Source: Alphaproteobacteria bacterium
Lineage (GTDB): Bacteria; Pseudomonadota; Alphaproteobacteria; JAAXGF01
Reading direction: 5' to 3'
DNA: 64,000 nt
Assembly: GCA_963555825.3 (NCBI GenBank)
Contig: CAUVXB020000002.1
Coordinates: 3,456,001 to 3,520,000, forward strand
Positions 1 to 11,377 of this stretch are shown piece after piece; the stretch's first letter is position 1; each line of letters starts with the position of its first letter. A program made the position numbers and the translations under genes. The notes under the pieces are model-generated. The model was not told the DNA's origin and searched no databases. It saw nothing but the letters and a program-made list of their open reading frames with translations.

Positions 1-104
1 TCATTGGAGGTCGATACCGGAAACTGTGCCATCGTGTCGCTCCTTCTGATCGAGGTTGAAATAATCGAAGGAGCTTGAGGCTGCGTCCTTCAGCCTCATA
101 GCAT
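1..104 (-). mobile_element. Left end of an IS110 (IS1111-type) element, continuing out of the window
   Basis: Reverse complement matches 41095-41198 (ATGCTATGAGGCTGAAGGACGC... through the transposase start MAQFPVSTSN). Confidence 0.92.
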
Positions 105-592
105 CTTGTGGACGATCTCGCCGCGATAGATCCGGTTCTGCAACATTAGATAGAGCGCGCCACGAGCGAGCGGCATGCCGCCGGTCCGGCGGCCGTATTT
201 GTCGATGCGGATCTTGCTGACGAACCCGTCTCTGTCGAGCGCTTCCTTGAGTGTACGCACCGAGCCCAGTTCGGCATAGCGGCGGTAGATGTGCCGGACC
301 GTCTCGGCCTCGTGGCGGTTGACCACCAGCTTCCGGTCCGCCGCGTCGTAGCCGAGCGGCGGCAGGCCGCCCATCCACATGCCTTTCTTCTTCGAGGCGG
401 CGATCTTGTCGCGAATGCGCTCGCCGGTGACCTCGCGCTCGAACTGCGCAAAGGACAGCAGCATGTTGAGCGTGAGGCGCCCCATCGAGGTGGTCGTATT
501 GAACTGCTGGGTTACCGAGACGAACGACACACCGCGTGCGTCGAACACCTCGACGATCTTGGCGAAGTCGCCCAATGTCCGTGTCAAGCGGT
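105..592 (-). pseudogene. Large serine recombinase (resolvase + recombinase domain) internal fragment
   Basis: DRLTRTLGDFAKIVEVFD...SFVSVTQQFNTTTSMGRLTLNMLLSFAQFEREVTGERIRDKIAASKKKGMWMGG..PLGYD...NRIYRGEIVHK. The N-terminus is replaced by the rve element and the C-terminal side is interrupted by IS110. Confidence 0.9.
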
Positions 593-1905
593 CCTGTCCC
601 TCCTGAAAACCTCGTACCGCACAGAATCCTTGGTCTTTCCGCCGAACGCCGGATACCTTCTCTGGCATGCCAACGATCGCCTTTCTGCTCCTGGCCACTC
701 TCCGTGACGCTCTCCGCAGCCGCGTAGCGCTTCAGTTGGAAGTCCTTGCGCTACGCCAGCAACTCGCCACGATGAAGCGAATCTCGTCGCGGCCGTCGCT
801 CCGTTCGGCAGATCGTCTGTTCTGGGTGTTGCTCTCTCGGCTTTGGCCAGCTTGGCGGGCCACGCTGGTGATCGTGAAGCCCGAGACGGTCATCACTTGG
901 CACCGCAAGGGATTCCGCTTGTTCTGGACCTGGAAGTCGCGGCGGCGGAGAGGAGGGCGGGCACCGGTTCCGCGCGAGGTTCGCGACCTAATTCGACGGA
1001 TGAGCCGGGAGAACCCGCTCTGGGGCGCTCCCCGAATCCACGGCGAACTGGTGAAACTGGGGATCGAGGTGTCGGAGGCCTCGGTGTCCAAGTACATGGT
1101 GCGCCATCCGAAGCCACCCTCGCAAACCTGGCGGACTTTTCTCCGAAACCATGTGGGCTGTCTCGCATCGATCGACTTCTTCGTGGTGCCCACGGCGGCG
1201 TTCAGTCTCTTCTTCGCCTTCGTCGTGCTCCATCATGATCGCCGGCGGATCGTGCATTTCGCTGTGACGGCAAACCCGACCGCGGCGTGGGTGGCACAGC
1301 AGATCCGCGAAGCCTTCCCGTGGGACACGGCACCACGCCACGTGATCCGGGATCGCGACAGCGTGTACGGCGGCGTGTTTCGTGCTCGCATTTTAGCCAT
1401 GGGCATCGAGGAGGTCGTAACCGCCCCACGGTCGCCTTGGCAGAATCCGTTTGCCGAAAGGGTGATCGGGTCCATCAGGCGAGAGTGCTTGGACCACGTG
1501 ATCGTCCTCAACGAGCGGCACCTGCAGCGAATTCGCACGTCATACCTCGCCTCCTTCCATCGCTCTCGTACATACTTGTCGCTGGGAAAGGACGCACCCA
1601 ACGGGCGACCGGTCCAGCCTGCCGGTGCAAGGAAGATCGTCGCGTTCCCGCAGTTCGGCCGACTGAATCACGGTAACGTACGGCGGGCAGCCTGATCCGA
1701 ACCTACCCGGCTGCGGCGAATCAACATCCTTAGTGCGGATACGGTCAATCGTATGTAGGGACTTGAGCAAACCGGCCGCATTCGACGAAATGGCCTTTAC
1801 CCGTTAGGCGCACGCTCATCAACGTTCGATTTATCCCAGGCGGGCGCATCGAGCAGGCGACCCGGTCCGGGTTATGCGCTATATTGGATTTTCAGGAACG
1901 ACAGG
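593..1905 (+). mobile_element. IS3/IS481-superfamily element with rve integrase core
   Basis: Imperfect IRs CCTGTCCCTCCTGAAAA / TTTTCAGGAACGACAGG enclose the ORF. No TSD is seen. Confidence 0.75.
667..1695 (+). CDS. Integrase-core (rve) transposase, C-terminus appears degenerate
   Basis: WGAPRIHGEL, SIDFF, IRDRD and SPWQNPFAERVIGSIRRECLDH DDE motifs. Confidence 0.85.
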   Translation: MPTIAFLLLATLRDALRSRVALQLEVLALRQQLATMKRISSRPSLRSADRLFWVLLSRLWPAWRATLVIVKPETVITWHRKGFRLFWTWKSRRRRGGRAPVPREVRDLIRRMSRENPLWGAPRIHGELVKLGIEVSEASVSKYMVRHPKPPSQTWRTFLRNHVGCLASIDFFVVPTAAFSLFFAFVVLHHDRRRIVHFAVTANPTAAWVAQQIREAFPWDTAPRHVIRDRDSVYGGVFRARILAMGIEEVVTAPRSPWQNPFAERVIGSIRRECLDHVIVLNERHLQRIRTSYLASFHRSRTYLSLGKDAPNGRPVQPAGARKIVAFPQFGRLNHGNVRRAA

Positions 1906-2457
1906 TTCATGGTGAGCTGGATATTCCGGTTGCCATGTGATCTTGTTTCAGCATCAAAATCATACGGAATCTCAACAGTTTAATTTACGCTCACCGACCC
2001 TTTCACAGCGCGCCGTGAATAATCCGGGCTAGATCGGGCCGCTGGAGTTAGGCTATCCTTATGAGCCAGTCATTCGGAGCCAATAGACTTTCCGGCCGAT
2101 GCGTTAATCAGGGGAGGATTCGACAATGAGTGAAAACGCTCCGCCAAAATATCCCACGTCGAATGTGCCAATCGACTGGCAGCAGATTGAGCGCTGGGAC
2201 CGGCGCTATTACTTGCACAGCTGGGTGGCCGAGGACGAATATGTTTTCACCGGCGTCGAGAGAACGGACGGCAATTATCTTTATTTGGCAGATGGCACCC
2301 GGCTGCTCGATTTCCGCAGCCAGTTCGTCTCCGACAGCATGGGTCACAGGCACCCGCGTGTACACGAGGAAATAAGACGAGCCATGGAGCGCTACGGCCA
2401 TGTGATGATGGCCTTGGCCACCGATTATCGCGCGCGGGCCGCAAAACTTGTCATCGA

Positions 2458-2585
2458 TGTATCGCACCCGGTTCCTTGGACACAAGTTTGTCTCATGCGG
2501 CGGGCCTGAGTGACATCGCGGTGTATCGCACCCGGTTCCTTGGACACAAGTTTGTCTCATGCGGCGGGCCTGAGTGACATCGCGG
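2458..2585. repeat. 64-bp tandem duplication of the IS right end
   Basis: TGTATCGCACCCGG...GACATCGCGG occurs at 2458-2521 and again from 2522. Confidence 0.9.
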
Positions 2586-2944
2586 TGTGCCACGCCTGAC
2601 GAGCTTGAGCGGGGCTCAGGTAGCCGTTCTTCTCCACGATCCACTGGGCATTGTACTGTTCGACGAACCCGCGGACGGCGTTCCGCAGCTCCGCGATGTT
2701 GCGGTAGATGCGGCCATGGATGATCTGTTCCTTGAGCGTGCGATTGAACCTCTCGGCGACGCCGTTGGTCTGGGGCTGTTCGACGAAGGCGTAGGACGGC
2801 TGGATGCCCCAGAACTTGATCTGGTTTGAGAACGGCAGAGCAATAATCCCCCACTGAAGCGGCCGGTCGATCCGGCTGCGGCGGACCAAAATGGGACCGC
2901 GTATAGCCTTCTGTCAGGGTTGCTCTGACTGGAAGGCGGGGGGG

Positions 2945-4444
2945 ATGTATCGGGTGGAGTTGTACGCACGGGTTCGGCGGGCGTGTCATGTCGAGGGGAT
3001 GAGCACCCGCGAGGCCTCGCGGGTGTTTGGTGTAGACCGCAAGACGGTCCGTAAGATGCTGTCGTTCTCGGTGCCGCCAGGGTATCGCCGAAGCGCGCCG
3101 CCGAGGCGGCCAAAGCTGGGTCCGTTCACGGGAATCATCGATCGGATCTTGGAAGACGATCGGACCAGCCACCGCAAGCAACGGCACACTGCGAAGCGCA
3201 TCTTCGACCGCCTCCGGGACGAGTACGGTTTCACGGGCGGCTACACCATCGTGAAGGACTACGTTCGTGAGCAGGGGCTTCGGTCGCGTGAGGTGTTCGT
3301 GCCACTCTCCCATTCCCCCGGTCACGCCCAGGCGGACTTCGGCGAAGCGATGGCGGTGATCGGCGGCGCGTTACGGAAGATCCACTTCCTTGCCTTCGAC
3401 CTTCCCCACAGTGATGGTTGCTTTGTTGCGGCCTATCCGGCGGAGACGACCGAAGCATTCTGCGATGGCCACAACGCGGCGTTTGCCTTCTTCGGCGGCG
3501 TCCCCCGATCCATCCTGTACGACAACACCAAGCTGGCGGTTGCCCGGATCCTGGGCGATGGGAAGCGGCAGCGAACGCGCGTCTTCACGGAGCTTCAGTC
3601 CCACTATCTGTTCGAGGACAGGTTCGGCCGGCCGGGCAAGGGCAACGACAAGGGCAAGGTCGAGGGACTGGTCGGCTTCATCCGGCGGAACTTCCTGGTC
3701 CCCGTCCCGCGTGCCGAGAGCTTCGCGGCCCTCAACGATGCTCTCGCCGAACAGTGCCGCCGGCGCCAGGCGGCGCGGCTGCGGGGCCACAAGGAGACCA
3801 TCGGCGAGCGTCTCGAGCGGGATCGTCAAGTTCTCTTGCCATTGCCGCCTGCTCCCTATGATGCCTGCGATAAGCGCCCTGGACGGGCGAGTTCGCTGTC
3901 GCTGGTGCGTTACCGCAGCAACGACTATTCCGTGCCCGTGGCCTACGGCCACCGTGAGGTGCTCATCCGGGGCTACGTCGATGAGGTGGTGATCAGCTGC
4001 GGGGCCGAGGTGATCGCCCGGCACCGCCGGTCCTACGACAGCGAGGACCTGATCTTCGACCCGCTGCATTACCTGCCCTTGATCGAGCAGAAGATCGGCG
4101 CCCTCGACCAGGCCGCGCCATTGGCGGGCTGGGACCTGCCCGAGGCCTTCATCACTCTGCGGCGGCTCCTCGAAGCTCGTATGGGCAAGGCAGGCAAGCG
4201 CGAGTACGTCCAGGTGCTCCGTCTACTGGAGACCTTCCGGCTCGAGGAGGTCGAGGGTGCGGTCGGCGACGCCCTGCGGCTCGGCGCAATCGGCTTTGAT
4301 GCGGTGAAGCACCTGGTACTGTGCCGCATCGAGCGGCGGCCGCCCAGGCTCAACCTCGACGTCTATCCGTATCTGCCGCGCGCCCGGGTCGCGATGACGT
4401 CCGCCAAGTCGTACATGAGCCTGCTGTCGGGGCTCGGCGCATGA
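2945..4444 (+). CDS. istA: IS21 transposase IstA
   Basis: N-terminal HTH, AQADFG, YDNTK and GNDKGKVEGLV motifs. Confidence 0.95.
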   Translation: MYRVELYARVRRACHVEGMSTREASRVFGVDRKTVRKMLSFSVPPGYRRSAPPRRPKLGPFTGIIDRILEDDRTSHRKQRHTAKRIFDRLRDEYGFTGGYTIVKDYVREQGLRSREVFVPLSHSPGHAQADFGEAMAVIGGALRKIHFLAFDLPHSDGCFVAAYPAETTEAFCDGHNAAFAFFGGVPRSILYDNTKLAVARILGDGKRQRTRVFTELQSHYLFEDRFGRPGKGNDKGKVEGLVGFIRRNFLVPVPRAESFAALNDALAEQCRRRQAARLRGHKETIGERLERDRQVLLPLPPAPYDACDKRPGRASSLSLVRYRSNDYSVPVAYGHREVLIRGYVDEVVISCGAEVIARHRRSYDSEDLIFDPLHYLPLIEQKIGALDQAAPLAGWDLPEAFITLRRLLEARMGKAGKREYVQVLRLLETFRLEEVEGAVGDALRLGAIGFDAVKHLVLCRIERRPPRLNLDVYPYLPRARVAMTSAKSYMSLLSGLGA

Positions 4445-5205
4445 CCGACACACCGCAAGTGCTGCTCGCCCACCACCTCAAGACGCTGAAGCTGCCGACC
4501 TTCCTGCGCGAGTACGACAAGATCGCCCGGCAGTGCGCCTCGGAAGGCGTCGATCACGTCCGCTACCTGTTGAGACTCGCCGAGCTCGAGCTGATCGACC
4601 GCGAGCGCCGCATGGTCGAGCGGCGCATCAAGGCGGCGCGCTTCCCCGTGGTCAAGAGCCTCGACAGCTTCGACTTCAAGGTCATCCCCTCGCTCAACAA
4701 GGCGCTGGTCCTGGAGCTGGCCCGCTGCGAGTACATCGAGCGCCGCGAGAACCTCATCGCGCTCGGCAACAGTGGGACCGGCAAGACCCACATCGCCCTC
4801 GGTCTCGGCCTGGCGGCCTGCCAGAAGGGCCTCTCGGTCGGCTTCATCACCGCCGCCGCGCTGGTCCACGAACTCATCGAGGCCCGCGATGACAAGCAGC
4901 TGCTGAGGTTCCAGAAGAAGCTCGCCACCTACAAGCTTCTGATCGTCGACGAACTCGGCTTCGTGCCGCTGTCGAAGACCGGCGCCGAGCTGTTGTTCGA
5001 GGTGTTCAGCCAACGCTACGAGCGGGGCTCGACCCTGGTCACCACCAATCTGCCCTTCGACGAATGGACCGAGGTGTTCGGCTCCGAGCGCCTCACCGGC
5101 GCGCTCCTCGATCGCCTCACCCACCACGTCAACATCCTCGAGATGAACGGTGACAGCTACAGGCTCAACCAGAGCCGCAGGCGTCAAACCCCGACTGCTA
5201 ACTGA
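4441..5205 (+). CDS. istB: IS21 helper AAA+ ATPase IstB
   Basis: Walker A GNSGTGKT, Walker B LLIVDELG, LLDRLTHH. ATGA overlap with istA. Confidence 0.95.
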   Translation: MTDTPQVLLAHHLKTLKLPTFLREYDKIARQCASEGVDHVRYLLRLAELELIDRERRMVERRIKAARFPVVKSLDSFDFKVIPSLNKALVLELARCEYIERRENLIALGNSGTGKTHIALGLGLAACQKGLSVGFITAAALVHELIEARDDKQLLRFQKKLATYKLLIVDELGFVPLSKTGAELLFEVFSQRYERGSTLVTTNLPFDEWTEVFGSERLTGALLDRLTHHVNILEMNGDSYRLNQSRRRQTPTAN

Positions 5206-5358
5206 ACCGACCACCCAGCCCACGCTTGACCCCGTGGGCCCACAGGTCCCTCCCGCGCGCGCCGCCGCGTCAGCCTGTTGAGGGCACGCCGCGTCGCGCG
5301 CGGGGCCCTCCCGTGGACTACGGGGACAAGCCCGCAGCCGCCAAGCGGTCCCTTCTTA

Positions 5359-6533
5359 TATCAGTGAGCCTATGAAATCACCTTCATGATCCATGGATAG
5401 GCGCAGAGGGTTCGCATACGATCCGGTTCTGCGATGAGGTCGATCCATGCTTGGCAACAGGCGTCGATGATGGCCTCGGTGTCGTCGAGGACGCGGAGCG
5501 ATAGGAAGCGTTCGCGTAGGTAGAGCCAAACCCGCTCGACGGGGTTGAGTTCGGGACTGTAAGGCGGCAACAGCGCCAAGGTGACGTTGTCGGGGACGGT
5601 GAGGGCGCGCTCGTCGTGCCAACCGGCGCCGTCGCACATCATGACGGCGTGCGCATCCTGGTCCAGGGTATCGGCGAAGTGTGCGAGAAACAGGTCCATG
5701 ACCTTGGCGTTGACGCTCGGCATCACCAGGGTGACGTCGTCGCCGGTGTCCGGGCGCACGGCGGAGAAGATGTAGGCCCACTGGTAGCCGATTTGACGCG
5801 TCCCGGGGGCACGCTCGCCCCTGCGCCACCACCGGTGACACACCCGGCCCTTGTTGCCGACGCGCGCTTCATCCTGAAACCACAGCTGTAGGCGCTTGTC
5901 GGGATGCGCCGCGGCGGTCGCCTTCAGGATGTCGCGAAGCCCCCTTTTTTGAAGCGCTCCTGCGCTTCGGCGTCCCTTCGCGGGTGGCTCGGGCGCGCCT
6001 TCTGGCGGGAAAATCCCATCCGCCGTAGAACCCGGGTCATGCTCGAGGGGTGGTAGGTCTTGGCGAAGCGCTCCTCCAGCCAGCGGCACAGATCGGCCCG
6101 GGTCCAGGCGCAAACCCCGTCGCGCTCAGGCTCCGGCCCGGCGATGATGACCGCCGCCAGCGCCGCTTCCTCGTCTGCCGTCAGCCGCCGCGGCGAGTAG
6201 CCCTTTGGACGGTCGTGAAGCCCCTCCAATCCCTTTGCATTGTAACGAACAACCGCGTCGCGAAGCGTTTGGCGATCCATCCCCGCAAGCCGCGCGGCAT
6301 CAGCCCGGGGCATCTCCTCCAAAGCATTCGCGATCCCATAGGCCCGCGCCGCCGCTCGACCGTACGATTCCACGCGAGCCCAGCGCCGAAGCTCCAAAGG
6401 CGTCAAATCATCCCGTATCTTGAGTGCTGATCCCATGACATCCCCCACATCTGGTGGGAGACCATAGAATCACAATCCGCCATCATCCGCCATCAATGAA
6501 TATCCCGAGAGTCAATTCAGGCGCTCACTGGTA
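5359..6533 (-). mobile_element. IS630 family element; orfA 5924-6448 and orfB ending at 5370, probably joined by -1 frameshift
   Basis: TA-flanked IRs (TCAGTGAGCC.. / ..GCTCACTGG). Slippery AAAAAAGGGG on the minus strand at 5941-5950. FQDEAR, DGAGWH and LPPYSPELNPVE motifs. Confidence 0.9.
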
Positions 6534-7237
6534 TTACACCGCCGAGGTGGTCCCTTTTTGCTCCGCCATTGACACCGTAGGCCAAACCCGTGCCGGGAGA
6601 GGTGGCGGCACTCATCGCCGCGACCTCCGCCGCCCCAAAGGGCCGGACGTCTCCGTCTTGGCCTCCAGCAGTTCCACCTGCATGATCAACTCCCCGATCC
6701 GCTTCATGGCGATGTCCAGTTCCGCCTTCACCGGATCGCCCTTGCGTTCCTTGAGCGAGGCATCGATCCCGGCGATCGCCTTCTCACGCCACTGCTCGAG
6801 CCGGAAAATCTCCACGCCCAACTGCCGCGACAAAAGTTCCACCGGCTCGCCACGCAAAAGCCGCAGGGCAACCTCACGCTTGCGCGTCACCGTCCACCGC
6901 TGGCCAAGTCCCAGCGGGCCTGCCGGCGAAACCTGGCCCGGGGAAAACGTGGACGAGCCAAGCTCGCCCTCGTTTACCACAGGCCCATCAACAGCAACTT
7001 TGTTCTCAAAATTGTCGGTCATGTTCCGGTCCTCCTTGGACACTTCGATTAAGCCAATTCTGTGTCCAAGGAAATCGGGTCCGACTCAAAACTTGTCATC
7101 GACGACATCCTGGGCGGTGAAAAAGGTTGGGCCGGGCGCGTGCGGTTCCTTTGCTCGGGAACAGAGGGAGTCGGGTGCGCGATGGACATGGCGCGCTTGT
7201 ATACCCGGCGTCCTATCATCCTTATCCAGGTTCATTC

Positions 7238-8891
7238 GGGTGCGAGTCTCGCATGGCAGTGATGTCTGCGGCTTGGTTCGTTGAGTTCAGGCAGCGATTG
7301 CCATGGCTGCTGCACGTGGACTGATGTTGTCGTTGGCCGGTGTGTCGGTTGCGCTGATCAGGGCCTTCCATGCCCGCTCGAAGCGGCCGGATTTGATCAG
7401 GGCGCGGAAGGTCAGAACAGCCTGTCCGCCGACGATCCGCCAGCGCATGCCGGAGCGCTTCATGCGCTGTGTCACCAGGGTCTTGTTGGCAGCTTCGACC
7501 ACGCCTGAGCCGATGGCGATGCCCTCTTCCTTCAGGGCGTGGTAGCGCATGCGATGGCGATGCTTGCGGAAGAAGGCGAGTTCCCGCTCGGTCTCGGCCC
7601 GGTCCGGCGCAGCGGCGGCATCGCGAAGGTGGCGCAGCGCCCGGATCACCTTGGCGACGCCACGGGGATCGTGACGGAGGATCTCGCGGTACTTCTCGAA
7701 CCAGCCGGGCGCCACGGCATGGTCGGACGCGGTTTGCAGATGTTCGCAAGCATGCCAGAAGTCGATCACCTCGGTTTCGGGCGACAGGGTCTCCAGGAAG
7801 GTCCAGTTGTCGGCGGCGCCATCGGCGATAGCGACGATCCCGATCTCGGGGCGTGCTCGCCTGATGTGTGCGACTTCGCTTGCAAGCTGCGCCTTCAGCG
7901 TGAGCTTGCCGCTCTCCGGCATGCGGCCGAGATAGAGGGTCTTCAGGCGCTTGCCCTCGGCGTCGTGGAAGGAGACCGTGCCGCAGGCAGCCTCGCGCCA
8001 GGAGGCCTTGGCGCGACCGTCCTCGCCGGGTCTCAGCGGCACCATGACGCCGTCGAGGGAGACCGAGGCGGTGGTCGCGTCCTGCGGTATGCCCTCGGCC
8101 TCACGGATGCTGCCCAGCGTCTCCGGGCCGAGGCTCTCCCAGCATTCGTGCATGCTCAGGGTCAGGCGCTGCAGGGTGCTCACCGACGGCGTCATGGCGC
8201 CGGTCTTCGCAAAGAACGCCGCCGCTTCCCGGGCCGTGCAGTGACCCATCATCAGCAGACCGAGCTCGGCCGCCGGCCGCGTCAGGTAATCGTCGACGAG
8301 GCCCAGGCTCTCGTCGACCGGCACCGGCGATGCCCCGCTCGCGCCGCTGCGGTAACGCGCTCGCCGGTAGGTCACCGGACCGAGCGAGGTCATGATCGTC
8401 TTCGGCGTCACCGCGACCCGGAACCAGCTCTGCCCGTCCCGCTCGATCCGGGAAGCGCCATCGTCCCGGTTCTCGATGACGGCGCCCATGACATCGCGAG
8501 CGAACTCGTTCGTGGCCTCACGCACCCGCAACTCGACCTCCTCGGGCGCCTCGGGGCGCGGCTCGGAACGAAGCTCCTCGCGACACAGTGCGAGCACCCG
8601 GGCGGCCGCCTCGACGACCCGAGGAGGCAGGCCGGAAAGATCGATGGACGAAGGCGCCGGAGGCGGGGATACTGCCATGGGAATGCTCCCGATGTTGGGT
8701 TTCGAGACACGGCATCGTACCGCTTCTGGCGGTGCGGAGCGTTCCCACCTTCCCCTGCTCGACCCTGCCGTCGTAACAAAATCCTGCCTTGGAGCGGCCC
8801 ATTGTCACGAATAGCCGATTTCGGCCGTTCGTCTCGACACAAAAAACGCACTAAATCAATGACTTAGATTTTCCATACCAGACCCACACCC
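7238..8891 (-). mobile_element. ISLre2/ISKra4-like (Mutator/IS256 superfamily) element, copy 1; transposase 7287-8678
   Basis: IRs GGGTGCGAGTCT / AGACCCACACCC and 8-bp TSD GTTCATTC. Motifs SLDGVMV, ADGA, DFWHA and GSGVVEAANK..RMKRSGMRW. Confidence 0.9.
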
Positions 8892-9995
8892 GTTCATTCC
8901 TTTCACGGGATGACGGTTGGTGCGACCATGCTCAGAGGCTTCCGCACCAACGTCACTCCTGTGGACAGTCCCGACGAGATTCGCGACGTGCCGGGCTTTA
9001 CCAGCCAGGGCTTTATGCCGATCCCCGCGCCCGAGTTTCACGACTGGGAGGGTGACGGCGCGTTGCCCTCGCTTGCCGCCACGGAGCATTTAATTCAGGC
9101 AGTAGGGCCCCAGAACATTGCGGCCGTCATCACCGAAACGATGTTCGGGGCGGGTGCCTATCTACCGCACGACCGGTATCTGCCCGAGCTGCGCGAGCTC
9201 ACCAAGCGGTACGGAATCCTTTGGATCGACGATGAGGTCCTATGTGGCTTCGGCCGACTCGGAGAATGGTTCAGCTACCAGCTCTATGAAGGGATCGAGC
9301 CTAATCTTATGGTGGTCGGCAAGAGCCTGAACGGATGTGCGTTGCCGATCGGCGGTGTCGTTGCCAGCCGGCCCATTGCCGAGTTCTTCGAACGAGCGCG
9401 CTGGTGGAGCGGTAGCACGAACGAGGCGCATCCGCTCGTTTGCGCGTCGATCGTGGGCAATCTCGAGACCATGATCGAGGAGGAGGTGGTCCCGCGCGTG
9501 ACTCGGCTCGGACGCTACCTCGAGGGAAAGCTTCGGGAGATCCAGAAGCAGCACCCTTGTGTTGGGCGGTTCGGCGGCCGCGGCCTCTACTATGCCGTCG
9601 ACCTTGTTAACGCACAAGGCGAACCGATCGTTCCGGAAGACCGCTTTACAGGCTACCTCGGTGATCTCTCCAATTACCCAAGTTACATTATTTCCGGCGA
9701 ATGCGCCAAACGCGGGGTCTTTCTGGGCGGCGTCCCTCCCAACACCGTCCAGGTCGCGCCGCCCTTCACGATCACCGAGGACGAGATAGACCTCGCTATG
9801 AACGCTTTCGACGAAGCGCTGAACGTGCTCGATCGCCAGATTGGCGCCGTGTGATGCCGAAATCAACGTGGATGGGCGGACGGCTTGCCGTGGTGCGCAA
9901 GATCGCGGCCGTGCTTCGCCGACTCCGGTGCTGATCAGAGCGGCAGCGGGCCGGCGAGACCGTCGCGTTCGCCGAGGCGCATCAAAGGCTTGGTG

Positions 9996-10337
9996 ATGTC
10001 TGCTGAGGTTCGTGCCGAGGTCTCCCTCATCGACCATCACTGTCACGGGGTCGTGCCCATCAGCCTGTCGGCGGCGTCCTTCGAGGGCCTCATGAGCGAG
10101 AGCTTCGCGCGGGCACCCTCGGGGACGAGCCACTGGGACAAGCCCATCGCCCTGGCTATCCGACGCTGGTGCGCGCCGGTGCTCGATTTGTCGCCCTTCT
10201 GCTCACCCCAAGCCTACGTGGAACGGCGTGGCGACCTTGGCGCCGAGGAAGTGAACCGGCGGTTCCTGGGGGCGGCGGGCCTCGAGATGCTGCTGGTCGA
10301 CTCGGGCAACAAACCCTTAAACTGTTCTGATGATTAG
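9996..10337 (+). pseudogene. Amidohydrolase (FluG N-terminal-like) 5' fragment
   Basis: LIDHHCHG metal motif and AIRRWCAPVLDL. The ORF stops after about 110 aa. Confidence 0.7.
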
Positions 10338-10373
10338 ATCGCCATTCAGGGCGAATTGTTAAAAGGGGGCAAA

Positions 10374-10793
10374 ATGTCAGCATTTGAAACCGCGACCAAG
10401 TTCTTCCACGCCTGCGAATCGCTGGAGGGTTGGGAGGGATGCAGGGACTACGTCGCGGACGGGGCTCCGTTCACCGGGCAATGCGAACCGCTCGCGGACA
10501 TCGCTACCGTCGAGGCCTACTGCGAATGGATGAAGGGCCTCGGAGAAGGTCCCCTCAAGGGCTGCGTTTACGAGATCAACGGCTCGTCTTATGACGAGAC
10601 CAACAAGATGGCCATTTATTACGCCACCATCACGGGGACCCATGTGGGCGATGGTGGACCTGTTCCGCCGACCAACAAGCAAACCAAGACGGATTATGTT
10701 TACGCGCTGACCATGAACGACGAGGGCAAGGTCGCGAAAATGTACAAGGTCTGGAACGCGTCATGGACCCTGAAGGAGCTCGGCTGGATGTAG
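10374..10793 (+). CDS. SnoaL/NTF2-like protein (ester cyclase-like)
   Basis: 139 aa with TGTH.G..GPVPPT.K and YVY.L.MND.GKV..M.KVWN patterns. Confidence 0.7.
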   Translation: MSAFETATKFFHACESLEGWEGCRDYVADGAPFTGQCEPLADIATVEAYCEWMKGLGEGPLKGCVYEINGSSYDETNKMAIYYATITGTHVGDGGPVPPTNKQTKTDYVYALTMNDEGKVAKMYKVWNASWTLKELGWM

Positions 10794-10813
10794 CCAATTA
10801 GAGGGGGGTCATC

Positions 10814-11065
10814 ATGGGTGAACGAACGACGCCAGCGACCGGCGGCGGTCCGTGTGTCGCCGTGCGTTTCTAGGTAAGCGGGCAACCAAACAATACGGCT
10901 TGTTGCTACTGCAAAATGTGTCAGCAGTGGAGCCGTAGTGTTCTCACGTCTTGGGCAGGCTTCAAAATCAGCGACTTTCACTGTACCGAGGGCGAGATCA
11001 AATACTACAAGTCGTCCGAATTCGCCGAACGCGGCTTCTGCCCCGAATGTGGCTCATCGCCAATC
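10814..11065 (+). pseudogene. GFA (CENP-V/glutathione-dependent formaldehyde-activating) family remnant
   Basis: CYCKMCQQWS and YKSSEFAERGFCPECGS zinc motifs, with an in-frame TAG near 10871 and a truncated C-terminus. Confidence 0.75.
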
Positions 11066-11091
11066 ACCGATCCTCGGCCTCTTCAAAAGCG

Positions 11092-11170
11092 CACCAGAAG
11101 TCAGGGCCCTTTCCTCCGCCGGCATTACCCGGCCTCAACGGTACTATGGCCCTGTCCGACTCCCGCCCGG
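11092..11170 (-). ncRNA. Group II intron fragment (domain I end to domain III region)
   Basis: Minus strand reads GGGAGTCGGACAGGGCCATAGTACCGTTGAGGCCGGGTAATGCCGGCGGAGGAAAGGGCCCTGACTTC, the typical bacterial group II DII/DIII signature. No RT ORF is present. Confidence 0.7.
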
Positions 11171-11217
11171 CCCGCCGTGCTCACCACGGCGTCGGGGCGC
11201 ACTGTCTCCTTTTGGCT

Positions 11218-11377
11218 CAGGCTGTTGAAAAAGTCCCGAAACATCCATTTCGAGCCTGAATTGGCCAATTCTCCGAAATCGGTGTTTTCCTTAGTCTTTG
11301 ATTCCATTGAAATCGAATTCTCATTGGTTCCGGAAAACTGTCGAGTTTGGTTCCGCAACCGATTTTTCAACAGCCTC
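11218..11377. mobile_element. ~160-bp MITE with IS1182-like ends
   Basis: IRs AGGCTGTTGAAAAA / TTTTTCAACAGCCT. Alignable by eye (inverted) to the MITE at 36419-36579. Confidence 0.8.

Larger units (their letters stand above)
2827..6574 (+). mobile_element. IS21 family element (carries an IS630 insertion)
   Basis: Ends TGAGAACGGCAGAGCAATAATCCCCCA / TGGTCCCTTTTTGCTCCGCCATTGACA, with an istA-istB pair between them. Confidence 0.9.
2458..7088 (-). mobile_element. IS3-like two-ORF element (copy 1), interrupted by IS21 with adjacent deletion; 14-bp TSD
   Basis: Ends match the intact copy at 57968-59387. TSD AAACTTGTCATCGA lies at 2444-2457 and 7089-7102. orfA is 6612-7043 and the orfB 3' remnant is 2557-2826. 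Confidence 0.9.
2126..9854 (+). pseudogene. Class III (omega-amino acid/taurine-pyruvate type) PLP aminotransferase split by nested IS elements; pieces 2126-2457, 7103-7237, 8900-9854
   Basis: The pieces rejoin in frame after TSD removal (1422 nt). Motifs GHRHP, FHG.T, WIDDEVLCGFGRLG and VVGKSLNG (PLP lysine) are present. Confidence 0.9.

Noticed and set aside
96-698. 200-aa ORF as an intact recombinase
   Set aside because: The first ~35 residues come from the rve element end and the stop lies in the IS110 end. The catalytic N-terminus is missing.
7539-8867. Long antisense ORFs (also 17624-18952, 52917-54674, 54208-55614, 61627-63138 and others)
   Set aside because: These are shadow frames of well-supported genes in GC-rich DNA, with no motifs.
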